Part shown: in pieces, positions 40,494-53,534 of the stretch
How positions within the stretch are numbered: the stretch's first letter is position 1
Layout of the letters: each line of letters opens with the position of its first letter
DNA from: Eledone cirrhosa
Lineage: Eukaryota
Assembly (NCBI GenBank): GCA_964016885.1
Contig: OZ024740.1
Span: 4,402,001 to 4,466,000 of the forward strand
DNA: 64,000 bases
Direction of reading: 5' to 3'
Notes under the pieces: model-generated
What the model saw: only the letters and a program-made list of their open reading frames with translations
What the model was told of the DNA's origin: nothing
The model's database searches: none
Made by a program: the position numbers and the translations under genes

Positions 40494-41173
40494 ATGACTA
40501 TTAAGTCAACACACAGTTAGATTGACACACCTGTCACAGTTAGGGGAGAAATCTATGACTATTAAATCAACAATAGGTAGACACACCTGTCACAGTTAGG
40601 GGAGAAATCTATGACTATTAAATCAACAATAGGTAGACACACCTGTCACAGTTAGGGGAGAAATCTATGACTATTAAGTCAACAATAGGTAGACACACCT
40701 GTCACAGTTAGGGGAGAAATCTATGACTATTAAGTCAACAATAGGTAGACACACCTGTCACAGTTAGGGGAGAAATCTATGACTATTAAGTCAACAATAG
40801 GTAGACACACCTGTCATAGTTAGGGGAGAAATCTATGACTATTAAGTCAACAATAGGTAGACACACCTGTCATAGTTAGGGGAGAAATCTATGACTATTA
40901 AATCAACAATAGGTAGACACACCTGTCACAGTTAGGGGAGAAATCTATGACTATTAAGTCAACAATAGGTAGACACACCTGTCATAGTTAGGGGAGAAAT
41001 CTATGACTATTAAGTCAACAATAGGTAGACACACCTGTCATAGTTAGGGGAGAAATCTATGACTATTAAGTCAACAATAGGTAGACACACCTGTCATAGT
41101 TAGGGGAGAAATCTATGACTATTAAGTCAACAATAGGTAGACACACCTGTCATAGTTAGGGGAGAAATCTATG
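40494..41173. repeat. Minisatellite, 56 bp unit, ~12 copies
   Basis: GACACACCTGTCACAGTTAGGGGAGAAATCTATGACTATTAAGTCAACAATAGGTA; period 56 between 40580 and 40636. Confidence 0.96.
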
Positions 41174-41261
41174 CAGGTGTGGTGAGCTGTATATATTCTA
41201 TATATTAGAGAAAGCAAAATGAATGCTTCACCTTCGATGAAGAGCAAGTGAGGAATGTAGT

Positions 41262-41550
41262 ACCCACCAAAGGCTAACCTTGGTGGGATTTGAACTCAGA
41301 ACGTAAAGGGCTGTAACTCTATGCCACAAAGCATGTTGTCTGACACTACCGATTATTGCAAATCCACCCCAAGGTCAACTATTTGGTGAGGGTGGCATCG
41401 ATTAAATTGACCCCAGTGGATTACTGGTGTTTTGTTTTATCAACCCAGTAAGGTTGAAAAGTAAAGCTAACCTCTGCAGGATTTGAACTCAGAACATAAA
41501 GGGACGAAACTCTATGCCACAAAGCATGTTATCCGACACTCTACTGATAC
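41262..41550 (-). mobile_element. Two adjacent SINE family 1 copies
   Basis: GGATTTGAACTCAGAAC.TAAAGGG..AACTCTATGCCACAAAGCATGTT occurs twice. Confidence 0.75.
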
Positions 41551-41896
41551 TGATAATACTGATTATGTTGATGATGATGATGGTGATGATGATGACAATA
41601 TTGATACAGTATTCAACTTACATAGAAATATATTAAAATTACTGTGTAATAATTCTGTGTAAACTATATATGTTATCAATATTTGATCAACAGAAACTCC
41701 CCAATAATCAATACCTATTATTTTCACTTTACTATATTTTATGATTTCTAGTCATTAATATTAATATATTTAACTTGTCAGAGATGGGGAGGGGGTAGTT
41801 AAATGTGTTTACCAATAATGAAAATGAAATATTCCATTTAAAGATTTTCAACAAAAATATTTTGTTGTCTTTTTCATCAATAAATTGACAATAATC

Positions 41897-42117
41897 CACT
41901 TTCTTTCTCTTTTTCTTTTTCGTTTTCTTTTTCTCTCTCTTTCTATCTTTCTCTTTCTTTCTATCTTTCTTTCTCTCTTTCTATCTTTCTCTTTCTTTCT
42001 TTCTTTCTTTCTATCTTTCTTTCTCTCTTTCTATCTTTCTCTCTATCTTTCTTTCTTTCTATCTTTCTTTTTCTCTTTCTCTCTTTCTTTCTTTCTCTTT
42101 CCTTCTTTCTTCTTCCT
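41897..42117. repeat. Polypyrimidine (TTTC/TCTA)n tract
   Basis: Read directly. Confidence 0.9.
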
Positions 42118-42309
42118 ATATTCTACTGACGATGAAAGAAGATAGAACACTTGGCTATCATTGACAATAAATCTCCTTTAAAGAAATGAAAATAGCTAAT
42201 CTAATCCACAGTATTTGTGGTTAGAGTTCATTCGGGTTAGACGAGTTGTCCTGAGCAATGCCAGGTCAGGTGACCCTGTCTTGCTCCTACAGAACTGATT
42301 CTGGCTAAG

Positions 42310-42560
42310 TAGTGTGTTGAACTTACAATCATAATGTTGTGGGGTCCATTCCTGGGCTGGCTTGTGTGTTGTGTTCTTAAGCAAGATACTTCATTATACA
42401 TTGCTCCAGTAAACTCAGCTGAAAATGAGTTCCAGCAGTTCTGGGGGTTTAACCTTGTGATTGACTGTCATCCTGTCTAGAGGGAAGTGTTGTACTCTCA
42501 GGCACTTAACACCATGAAAACCAGGATAAACACTTGATTGATGAGCCTTCTGGCTTGAGA
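42310..42560 (+). mobile_element. SINE family 2
   Basis: GTTGTGTTCTTAAGCAAGATACTTCATT..TTGCTCCAGTAAACTCAGCTGAAAATGAG core. Confidence 0.65.
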
Positions 42561-42743
42561 CTATATATATATATATATATATATATCATCATCATCATCA
42601 TCACCGTTTTACGTCCGTTCTTCCACGCTAGCATGGATATATATATATATGAAGTATTTCCATAGAAAAGGTAAAGGAAGGGAGAGTGCTCTATATATAC
42701 TACAGAGCTATTTAAATATGTAATAAACCACACAATACAATTA

Positions 42744-42816
42744 TTCCATTTACCAAAGGTTTCACGAAGACAGGCGAGCTCAATAGAGACGTCTGAAATT
42801 GTTCATCAGAAAGGAA
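42744..42816 (-). ncRNA. Hammerhead ribozyme motif with extended stem II
   Basis: Minus strand: TTCCTTT CTGATGA AC..GT GAAA CC TTT GGT A AATGGAA; GUA site; inside a ~220 bp (TA)n-flanked unit. Confidence 0.65.
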
Positions 42817-43139
42817 ACATTTAATATGGTTATTTAATATGGTATCCATATTAAATATCCATATTAAATTTATATATATATATATATGTACACCAGGTCC
42901 AAACACAGAGGAACCAAACTCCCACTGTCATCACCTCCGTCTCTCCCACCCTCCCCATTATTATTCTAGAGATGTGCTTTCAATTATCCAGAAGATTTGT
43001 TTGAAGTAGTTGATTGCTTCTGTTATCTAGGAGATCTAATCACCAATAGAGATAAACTATAAATTGTGAGATAGATCATAAATTGGGCATCAAGAATTAA
43101 GATGTGTGATAGATTGTATAATGTGTGTTAGATTGTAAG

Positions 43140-44070
43140 AGAGAGGTGTAATAGATCATTAGAGATATGATACATCATAAGAGGTGTAATGGATCATTAG
43201 AGATATGATACATCATAAGTGGTGTAATGGATCATTAGAGATATGATACATCATAAGAGGTGTAATGGATCATTAGAGATATGATATATCATAAGTGGTG
43301 TAATGGATCATTAGATATATGATACATCATAAGTGGTGTAATGGATCATTAGATATATGATACATCATAAGTGGTGTAATGGATCATTAGAGATATGATA
43401 CATCATAAGAGGTGTAATGGATCATTAGAGATATGATATATCATAAGTGGTGTAATGGATCATTAGATATATGATACATCATAAGTGGTGTAATGGATCA
43501 TTAGAGATATGATACATCATAAGAGGTGTAATAGATCATTAGAGATATGATATATCATAAGTGGTGTAATGGATCATTAGAGATATGATATATCATAAAG
43601 TGGTGTAATAGATCATTAGATATATGATACATCATAAGAGGTGTAATGGATCATTAGAGATATGATACATCATAAGTGGTGTAATAGATCATTAGAGATA
43701 TGATATATCATAAGTGGTGTAATGGATCATTAGAGATATGATATATCATAAGTGGTGTAATGGATCATTAGATATATGATACACCATAAGTGGTGTAATG
43801 GATCATTAGTTATATGATACATCATAAGAGGTGTAATAGATCATTAGAGATATGATACATCATGAGAGGTGTAATAGATCATTAGAGATATGATACATCA
43901 TAAGAGGTGTAATGGATCATTAGAGATATGATACATCATAAGAGATGTAATAGATCATTAGAGATATGATATATCATAAGTGGTGTAATGGATCATTAGA
44001 GATATGATATATCATAAGTGGTGTAATGGATCATTAGATATATGATACATCAAAAGTTGTGTAATAGATC
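43140..44070. repeat. Minisatellite, 38 bp unit (AAGAGGTGTAATGGATCATTAGAGATATGATACATCAT), ~24 copies
   Basis: Period 38 between 43201 and 43239; degenerate ~19 bp repeats on both flanks. Confidence 0.95.
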
Positions 44071-44579
44071 AGATAATACATAATATATTATAAGTTGTGT
44101 AACATGCCATAAGGTATGTGATAAAACAAAGATGTCTAATATGTCATAAATGCATGATAAGTCATAAAATGTATGTTAGATTGTGAAATATGTTTAGATC
44201 CAAAGATATGTAATATATCGTAGCTTCTCTAATAGGTCATAAAATGCATGATAGATCATAAGATATGTAATATATTGTAGCCTCTCTAATAGGTCATAAA
44301 ATGCATGATAGATCATAAGACATGATAGGCTTCATCTTATGATAAATCATAAAATATATAATAGATCATAAGACGTGTGATAAATCCTATTGGACAAAAA
44401 ACAAAACAAAATAAAGACAGCAACAACAAAAGACAGCAACAACAAATAATTGACATCTTTAGGTCGAGAAAAGAAATCTTTCGGAAAGATAAATCACGTT
44501 TTAGGGAAGATAATCTGAATTTAACAGTTTGTATCTTACTGAAAATCTTTAACATTAGAGGTCAAATATTACTGTCCTT

Positions 44580-44790
44580 AATGATTTCTACTTTAGGCAC
44601 AAGGTCAGCAATTTGATGGGGTGAGGTGATTAAATCAACCCCAGAACATTACTGGTACTTTATTTTATCAACTCCATAAGGATAAAAGGCAAAGCTAACC
44701 TCGGCAGGATTTGAACTCAGGCCTGTAAAGGGCTGTAACTCTATGCTGTAAAGCATGTTGTCCAACACTCCACCAATACTGCCAATTTGT
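44580..44790 (-). mobile_element. SINE family 1
   Basis: Near full-length reverse copy of 16710-16900. Confidence 0.8.
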
Positions 44791-44880
44791 TCTTAATGTA
44801 AGTGAACATATAGTGGTCTGAGGTGACCATGTAGGACATATATATACATGTAGCACAGCCCAGTGAAATTATATATAAAG

Positions 44881-44917
<37 letters not shown>

Positions 44918-44926
<9 letters not shown>

Positions 44927-45408
44927 ATACTTTGGGAGGGTCATGTTGCCAATAAGAAACACATGCACCAGTTGCTTTCACTTCAATTTATTATAATAAA
45001 TTTATAAATTTATGAATTTATAAATTTATATATAAATTTCTGGTTGGTTGGTTGGTTGGTTCCACAACCAGATAGTTGTTTATATATTGTCAAAGTTCTT
45101 TCGTCACACATTCTGTGACCTCATCAGTGACACACACAGAAACAAAATGGCGTAGGACAGAACAAAGGAGAGGCACAAAAACAAAGAAAAGAATCCCCAG
45201 TCACTGATGAGGTCACAGAATGTGTGACGAAAGAACTTTGACAATATATAAACAACTATCTGGTTGTGGAACCAACCAACCAACCAGAAATTTATATATA
45301 AATTTATAAATTCCTAAATTTATAAATTTATTATAATAAATTGAAGTGAAAGCAACTGGTGCGTGTGTTTCTTATTGGCAACATGACCCTCCCAAAGTAT
45401 AACAATAT
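44918..45408. mobile_element. Palindromic non-coding element: ~210 bp inverted arms (44918-45131 / 45200-45408), each carrying a hammerhead
   Basis: Arms are near-perfect reverse complements; ~68 bp spacer; (TA)n nearby on both sides. Confidence 0.85.
45200..45242 (+). ncRNA. Minimal hammerhead ribozyme (mirror copy at 45089-45131 on -)
   Basis: GTCA CTGATGA G GTCACA GAATG TGTGAC GAAA GAACT T TGAC. Confidence 0.7.
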
Positions 45409-46029
45409 CGGTTTCAACACACGATTTCAGATAAAGAATCTTGCTAAACAAATTCAGAAACGAAATATATATATATATATTGAGTATATGTTGGTTGTTT
45501 ACCGACACCTCAGTATTCAGGTTGGAGCACTCGATGAAGTTCGCAGGTTGGTTTGTTTACTCTGGAGTAATGGAAAATAAAATTTTGATATTGGTTATAA
45601 CACATTTTATTCTTTTAATTTGTTTCCCCCCCCCCCCCACGTGAAATGGTGGCAGGATAAATGCCAACCCCCACACACAAATTCTTCTGAACATAGCAGC
45701 AGCAAACCAAAGCAAACCTGCCAGTTGACCCCTTAACACCACTACCACTACCAACACAATGGAGGAGGTCAGCTGTACTTAAACAAAAACAACTACAACA
45801 GATTGTCTTGCCTCAGAAAAATTTCTATAGACTTTTGACTGAGGAATGTTCTCACAACTGACCAATGGGGTGAGAGAATGTCCTAAGACACCGAAAGTTT
45901 GTTCTAACTCATATGATTCCAGTTCCTCAGAAGAATAACAACACAACCAGGAGCTGGACGTATCAATGTATTGATGGAGTAAAACACACTTCAACAACAT
46001 GTGTACCTGTCTCTACCACACCAATTCAG

Positions 46030-46084
46030 ACTACCTGAAGACGTCACAGCCAATGATGGCTGTCAGCGAAATATATATAGTAGT
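46030..46084 (+). ncRNA. Minimal hammerhead ribozyme
   Basis: ACTAC CTGAAGA ..ACAGCCA ATGA TGGCTGT.. GAAA TATATAT A GTAGT; base of stem II degenerate; palindromic stem III. Confidence 0.65.
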
Positions 46085-46153
46085 ATATCTATAATTTATA
46101 ATAAACGAAGCCACATTTTACCTATTTGATTTAATTATTTTATATATATATAT

Positions 46154-46271
46154 AACGGAAGAGTTGTGGTAAGGAACCAGATGGACCATAACGCACCAGT
46201 GTACTCAATACTTAGGGTAGTAGAGTGGGTAATAGAAGAGAGTATGACCCCGACGGGGTCATACTCTCTCC

Positions 46272-46273
<2 letters not shown>
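46154..46273. repeat. (TA)n-flanked short element with terminal hairpin; family of 8778-8976
   Basis: Shared ~80 bp head, then GAGAGTATGACCCC GAC GGGGTCATACTCTC hairpin. Confidence 0.8.
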
Positions 46274-46361
<88 letters not shown>

Positions 46362-46366
46362 TGTAT

Positions 46367-47667
<1,301 letters not shown>

Positions 47668-47805
47668 TGAGGGGTAGAACACTGGAAGGTAATATCCGGT
47701 AGTGCACTCAGTCCAAGGGACGAGTTGGGTAGTAGTAGTAACACAACAGTTAGTTCACCATATCGAGAACAATTGTTGTCGATATGGTGAACTGTGTGTA
47801 ACCAC

Positions 47806-47840
<35 letters not shown>

Positions 47841-47846
<6 letters not shown>

Positions 47847-48385
47847 CAAATAACGAAACGAAATTAAACTTCGTTTCGTTTGTAACTCACTTTTGTATGA
47901 CTGACGCTTAAACAATTAAGTTAAAGGTGTACATCCATATATGTATACTGAAATACTAGTATGTATATGAATACACACACGTATACATATGTAGATGTAC
48001 CAAGTTTTTTCACTGGTCACTTTACTGTGAGTGGCCAGCTATTCTGTATGTAAACACACAGACAAACCGGTTTTTAGAGTCATACTGGTTTTTGAGGAAA
48101 CACCTTTCCTCTATTCTCCAGAAAGCCAGACAAGGAATATTGAACTAGTTTCGTTGTTGTTACAACTCATCAGCAATATTTACCTATCTTCCGGCCTCTC
48201 TAGAGAATCGTAAAAGCACATATCGTTATATGCTTTTTCTATGAAAATTAGTAGTGGGCAGACTAATTTGCATAGAGTGTGAGTAAGTACCGGTTCAACG
48301 GAGACGATAAAAACAAATAACGAAACGAAATTAAACTTCGTTTCGTTTGTAATTCACTTTTGTATGACTGACGCTTAAACAATTA
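47841..48385 (-). mobile_element. Non-coding element with 78 bp terminal direct repeats (47841-47918 / 48308-48385) and an internal hammerhead, inside (TA)n
   Basis: Direct repeats TAAAAACAAATAACGAAACGAAATTAAACTTCG..GCTTAAACAATTA; period 467 bp. Confidence 0.8.
48136..48180 (-). ncRNA. Canonical minimal type-I hammerhead ribozyme
   Basis: Minus strand: AATATTG CTGATGA GTTG TAACAA CAAC GAAA CTAGT T CAATATT; all core bases present, palindromic ACTAGT. Confidence 0.85.
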
Positions 48386-48386
48386 C

Positions 48387-48454
<68 letters not shown>

Positions 48455-48458
<4 letters not shown>

Positions 48459-50100
48459 AGATGAAATGTAGTTTGGGTTTGTGTCAGGTAAAAGTAGCAC
48501 AGACGGTTTTTTCTGGTACGACAACTACAAGAGAAGTACCTAGCTAAAAGTGAACCCCTCTACTTATCTTTTGTAGACCTGGAGAAAGCCTTTGACATTA
48601 TCTGGTGGGCTCTTAGAAAACTAGGAGTAGATGAATGGCTTGTGAGAGCAATACAAGCTATGTATAATGAAACAGTCAGTAAGGTTAGAATTAACAATGA
48701 ATATTGTGAAGAATTTAGTGTAAAAGTTGGTGTCCACCAAGGCTCTGTCCTTATATCCCTCCTATTTATTATTGCCCTTCAGGCTATAACAGAGGAGTTC
48801 AAGACCGGCTGCCCATGGGAACTCTTATACGTAGATGATCTAACGCTCATAGCTGAATCAATGGCTGAACTAGAGAAGAAATTCCAAACATGGAAGCATG
48901 GCCTAGAATCAAAAGGCCTTAAAGTTAACTTGTCTAAGACTAAAGTCCTAGTTTGTAGAAAGGAAAATAAGGCACAGGTACCCTCAGGGAAATGGCCTTG
49001 TTCAGTGTGTAGGAAAGGAGTAGGCAGAAATTCAATTTTATGTCCCAAATGCAAAGTATGGGTACATAAAATATGTAGTGGGATCACAGGTAACTATCTA
49101 AGAACGTAGACTTTATATGTGGCCGATGCTCAGGTGCAATAAGTAGCAAGTGCCCACAGGACACTAGCTCCTTCTATTACCCAGATGATTCTATAGAAAT
49201 AGTAGATACTTTCCGTTACCTGGGTGACAAAATCAGCAGTGGTGGGGGATGCTCTGAAAGTACAGTAGCCAGAGTCAGAACAGGATGGAAAAAGTTCAGA
49301 GAGCTTATACCACTATTGGCCACAAAAGGTTTCTCTCTTAAAATGAAAGGCAGATTGTATGATACTTGTTTACAAACAGCAATGCTATATGGCAGTGAGA
49401 CATGGGCATTACGTGCAGAGGACCTGCGCAGACTGGAAAGGAATGAAGCATGCATGCTCCGTTGGATGTATAATAGTAATATTCGTGAACGGCAAAGCAT
49501 AAATAAACTAAGTGAGAAATTAGGAATAAGAGGTATCAGATGCTGTTTACTCGAGAGAAGACTACATTAGTATGGTCACGTGATGCACATGAAAGACGAC
49601 AGCTGTATAAAAAAGTGCAGGGCGATCAAAATTGATGGTAGTTACGGAGTAGGCAGACCCAGAAAAACCTGAGATGATCTGATAAATTCCGACCTTGCAC
49701 ACTTGCACCTCTCTAAGACAATGTCACTGGACCGTGATCTTTGGCGCTATGCACTAATACAGAAGACCGGCCTTGCCTATGTACAAAGCAAAACCTACAG
49801 TCAGTAGGCACCTCTTAACCAAATATACACCCCGATCCACTACCCCTACCCTATCCTCCCACTCCCAGCAACACCACCCTCTCTCTGTAAAGTTGGTACC
49901 ACAACATCCAGTCCAAATAAATGAGATAATGAGATTGAGATCATGTAGGTGTCACGAGAAAAAAACATACAGATAGTCCTATACGAGCGAGACACGGTCA
50001 CCCAACCAACCTTGCCTCAAGTGGGACAACTCTGTTCTAACCCATGCTAGCGTGGAAAATGGACGTTAAACGAAGATGATGATGATTATGATGATGATGA
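48455..50100 (+). mobile_element. 5'-truncated, degraded RTE-clade LINE with (GAT)n tail
   Basis: FVDLEKAFD..VGVHQGSVL..LLYVDDLTLI..GLKVNLSKTK..CSVCRKG..FRYLG..YGSETW; same family as 15195-16380. Confidence 0.92.
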
Positions 50101-50219
50101 TATATATATGAGACCCCCAGTAGACAACTGATGAGGAACCCCCCCTGTTCTCGCTTTCTTCGTATTCCCACTGCATTTTAAGTTGCCTTAAATAGCAACT
50201 ACACAGCCATTTCTATTCT

Positions 50220-50282
<63 letters not shown>

Positions 50283-50435
50283 CCAATCAAAACAAACTTT
50301 ACTAACCACCATAGGAACATCTGATTTTATCATACAGCATTTATATTCATTTTCCCATTAACATTACAAGGGCTCTGACGAGCCAACCAATAAACGTAAT
50401 GAAAGAGTAGCCAATCGTCCTTGTTATCTTATTTC

Positions 50436-50490
<55 letters not shown>

Positions 50491-50592
50491 AATGTATATA
50501 TATAATGTATATATATAATGGCTGCATAATGTCTGGAAGATTAAGGAGTTTGCTATAAATACAGAAAAGAAAACACATAAGATGTTAATATT

Positions 50593-50711
50593 TATCTTCC
50601 CCAGGACATAAACAACCCTTAGGCTGGCATTATCTTCCCCAGGACATAAACAACCCTTAGGCTGGCATTATCTTCCCCAGGACATAAACAACCCTTAGGC
50701 TGGCATTATCT
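50593..50711. repeat. 38 bp exact tandem repeat x3
   Basis: TATCTTCCCCAGGACATAAACAACCCTTAGGCTGGCAT. Confidence 0.9.
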
Positions 50712-51274
50712 GTCTTCTCTCAGTTTTAAGACAGTAGGTATCATGTTTAGATTCTGTGCACCATATCCCTGCATGTCCTAAAAAGTGACTAACATGGTTG
50801 GTGTCAGGAAGGGCATCCAGCTGTAAAGTACTGCATAAAATAGTCCCGTCCAACTTCTACCAACATGGAAATATCGATGTAAAAATGATGATGATAATGA
50901 TGATGATGACGACGAAGATTTAAAGTTATAAATTTTAGGTAGATTTGGCTGCTATTTCTAGCAAGGTGACTGACTTAATAGAGGTTCCTTCGTTTGTTCT
51001 TGGGTAACAAATGTTATATAAAGTACTTCTACCTAAAGATTTCCTGTCAAAATATCTTAAATACTACAATAACTTTTCTGCGACTTTTTTCCGCCAATAT
51101 GAAGATATGTTCTATATCCCGAAGTCATTGTTTGTGGCTGAGAAAGCAGCAGTTTCATTCCAAACATAAAGTAAAAATTTAACGTTAAAGATGATAGTAG
51201 TTATCTCCCCTAGACCCTGCTATTTGTTACATGAATTATTGTTGAGTCGGTGGTTTTCTGTGAGAGATACAGTA

Positions 51275-51473
51275 CGAAGGGCGGCTGAATAGTTCATAGA
51301 CTGACTAAGATACTCTCATGGAATGACCAAATGAGGTTTATTTTTCTACATAGTCCCTGGAAAGAAACAATGTAGTTATTAATAAGAAGAGTTGAAATTA
51401 ATATATACAAGATTTCACAGCTCTATCATCACTCCTTCATAGTCAGCCTATGAACTTTTTAGCCTACCCTTCT
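51275..51473. mobile_element. Mariner-type MITE, ~200 bp
   Basis: TA|CGAAGGGCGGCTGAATAGTTCATAGACTGACTA ... TAGTCAGCCTATGAACTTTTTAGCCTACCCTTC|TA: imperfect TIRs. Confidence 0.75.
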
Positions 51474-51714
51474 ATAGTATTGTAGTTCAGTCTATACATG
51501 GTAGGATGCTGCCACATCTAATATCCATCATCTGTTACTAAGGAATATTAAAATGTGTAGAACATTCTAAAGGTTCTTTATTTAAGTTTATTGGAATACA
51601 TACACATAATTATATGTGTATGTTTAATATGTACAGATCTTCATTATCCTAGTTCATCAGATGAATGAAACAGTTTCAGTCCTGTAAAAGTAATTTCTAT
51701 ATATAATGGAATCT

Positions 51715-52032
51715 GATTTTTGGCACAAGGCCAATAATTTTGGGGGTGGGGAAAGCCAATTGCATTGACCTTAGTACATTACGGGTACTTTATTTTATCA
51801 ACCCCGTAAGGATGAAAGGCAAAGTTAACCTCGGCGAGATTTGTGCTCCGAATGGAAAGGGCCGCAAATCTTTGCATCAAAACATGGCGTCCGACCCTCT
51901 ACCGATACTGCCAATCCACCGCCTCTTTTCTATAATAATTGTTTCTACTTTAGGCACAAGGCCAGCAATTACCCAGTGCATTACTGGTACTTTATTTTAT
52001 CGACCCCATAAGGATGAAAGGCAAAGTCAACA
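51715..52032 (-). mobile_element. SINE family 1, one full and one partial copy
   Basis: GGCACAAGGCCA..GTACTTTATTTTATC.ACCCC.TAAGGATGAAAGGCAAAGT occurs twice. Confidence 0.8.
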
Positions 52033-52200
52033 CTACCAACGCATTGAGTGCCTTCTTTAACTGTGGTCCCCTCCTCGATTCTCTCCAGGAATCTATTTAT
52101 AATGTACATATTTATACACTTTGGTGCAGTCTTGGTTACACACTCTGTATTTATACAGATATAACTTTATCATATATTTCGGCTACTAGGACACTTCTTA

Positions 52201-52332
52201 ATATCATCATCATCATCATTTCATTTTACGTCCGCTTTTCCTTGCTTGCAAGGGTGGGAGGGGAACTGATTCTGGCTTGATTTCTACAGCTGGATGCCCT
52301 TCCTAACACCAACCTCATTTACAGTGAGTGCT
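52201..52332 (-). mobile_element. RTE-type 3' tail; related copy at 53360-53515
   Basis: (CAT)n..TTTTACGTCCGCTTTTCC.TGCTTGCAAGGGTGGGA..CAGCTGGATGCCCTTCCTAACACCAACC. Confidence 0.75.
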
Positions 52333-52448
52333 ATATATATATTTATACACGTTGGTGTAGCCTTGGGTACACACTCTGTAGTTATACAGATATAACTTTA
52401 TCACACACTTCATCTGATAGTGCACTTCTTACTATATATATATATATA

Positions 52449-52803
52449 TGAATGTATGTATAGTATATGTGGCAATATACCGTATGTTTAATTAGTAACA
52501 TTTAGAAGACCTTACGCTATCGGTTTTAAAGTAGTGACTATATCACTTAGTTCTTTTCGGCAAAAGAAGGGAGAGAAGCTGACATTCTGTTTCACGCTGT
52601 TGGCGATCATCAGAGCCACACACTCCATGCTTTCGCCGAAAATTATAGAAGCTGGATTCTTATAGAATTCCAGAAATAACCAGGAACTGATTATACAGAG
52701 CAATTGCCGGTCCAGCAAAAATTAGGTATTACGATTGGTGCTCTGAAATAGCGATGTATACGTGAATGTATGTATAGTATATGTGGCAATATACCGTATG
52801 TTT
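52449..52803 (-). mobile_element. Non-coding element with 41 bp exact direct repeats (52449-52489 / 52763-52803) and an internal hammerhead
   Basis: TGAATGTATGTATAGTATATGTGGCAATATACCGTATGTTT x2, period 314 bp; starts at (TA)n. Confidence 0.75.
52577..52617 (-). ncRNA. Minimal hammerhead ribozyme
   Basis: Minus strand: GGCT CTGATGA T CGC CAACA GCG T GAAA CA GAA TGT C AGCT; GUC site. Confidence 0.7.
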
Positions 52804-53037
52804 GAGTGTGTGTGCGTGCGTTTATATGTGTACATTTAGAGAGCTTATTTAGCTTATTTAAACGTTCATACACTTAACATGTGCACAACCTCAGGGTTAG
52901 GTTATGGCCTCCACTGTCAAGTGGAGGGCTGCTTCAACACTGGCTTCTTGTCAGGAGAAAATATTCACACACACACATGTTAAGTGTATGAAACTTTAGA
53001 TATACTATATATATATAGTATATATAGTATATATATA

Positions 53038-53100
<63 letters not shown>

Positions 53101-53534
53101 TTTATTATTTGTGTGACCCGAATTTTCCTGGTCGGTTTTTCGGCTGTGCGAATGATTTTAAGCATTGTCTCTATGTGTTGGTATTTAAACGATAGTTATA
53201 GCTCTGGTTTATCCAAACTATTGAGCCCTTTGCCATACATCTCGAAGATTGTGTTTCGTTATTTCGTGGGCCGAGATTCCGATTCTCGATTATTTATTCG
53301 TATTTTTATTTGTATATATATATATATATTTTTTTTTTTCATTCATTTTTTCATTTAATTTCATTTTACGTCTGCTTTTCCCTGCTTGCAAGGGTGGGAC
53401 GGGAACTGATTCTGGGTTGATTTCTACAGCTGGATGCCCTTCCTAACACCAACCTCATTTACAGTGAGTGCGGGGTACTTTTTGCCGTGGCACCTGCATG
53501 ACCACTTTGCAGTGGAATGATATGGACCCCAGTC

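Noticed and set aside
50110-50222. CTGATGAG followed by a small hairpin as a hammerhead
   Set aside because: No GAAA or stem III; at most a decayed relic.
50371-50412. GGCT CTGACGA..GAAA GAGT AGCC in a TA-flanked unit
   Set aside because: Stem II does not pair; possibly a degenerate hammerhead but not supportable as a feature.
52865-52993. 19 bp inverted repeats as a MITE or ribozyme
   Set aside because: The repeat is real (TTCATACACTTAACATGTG), but no TSD, family match or catalytic core could be identified.
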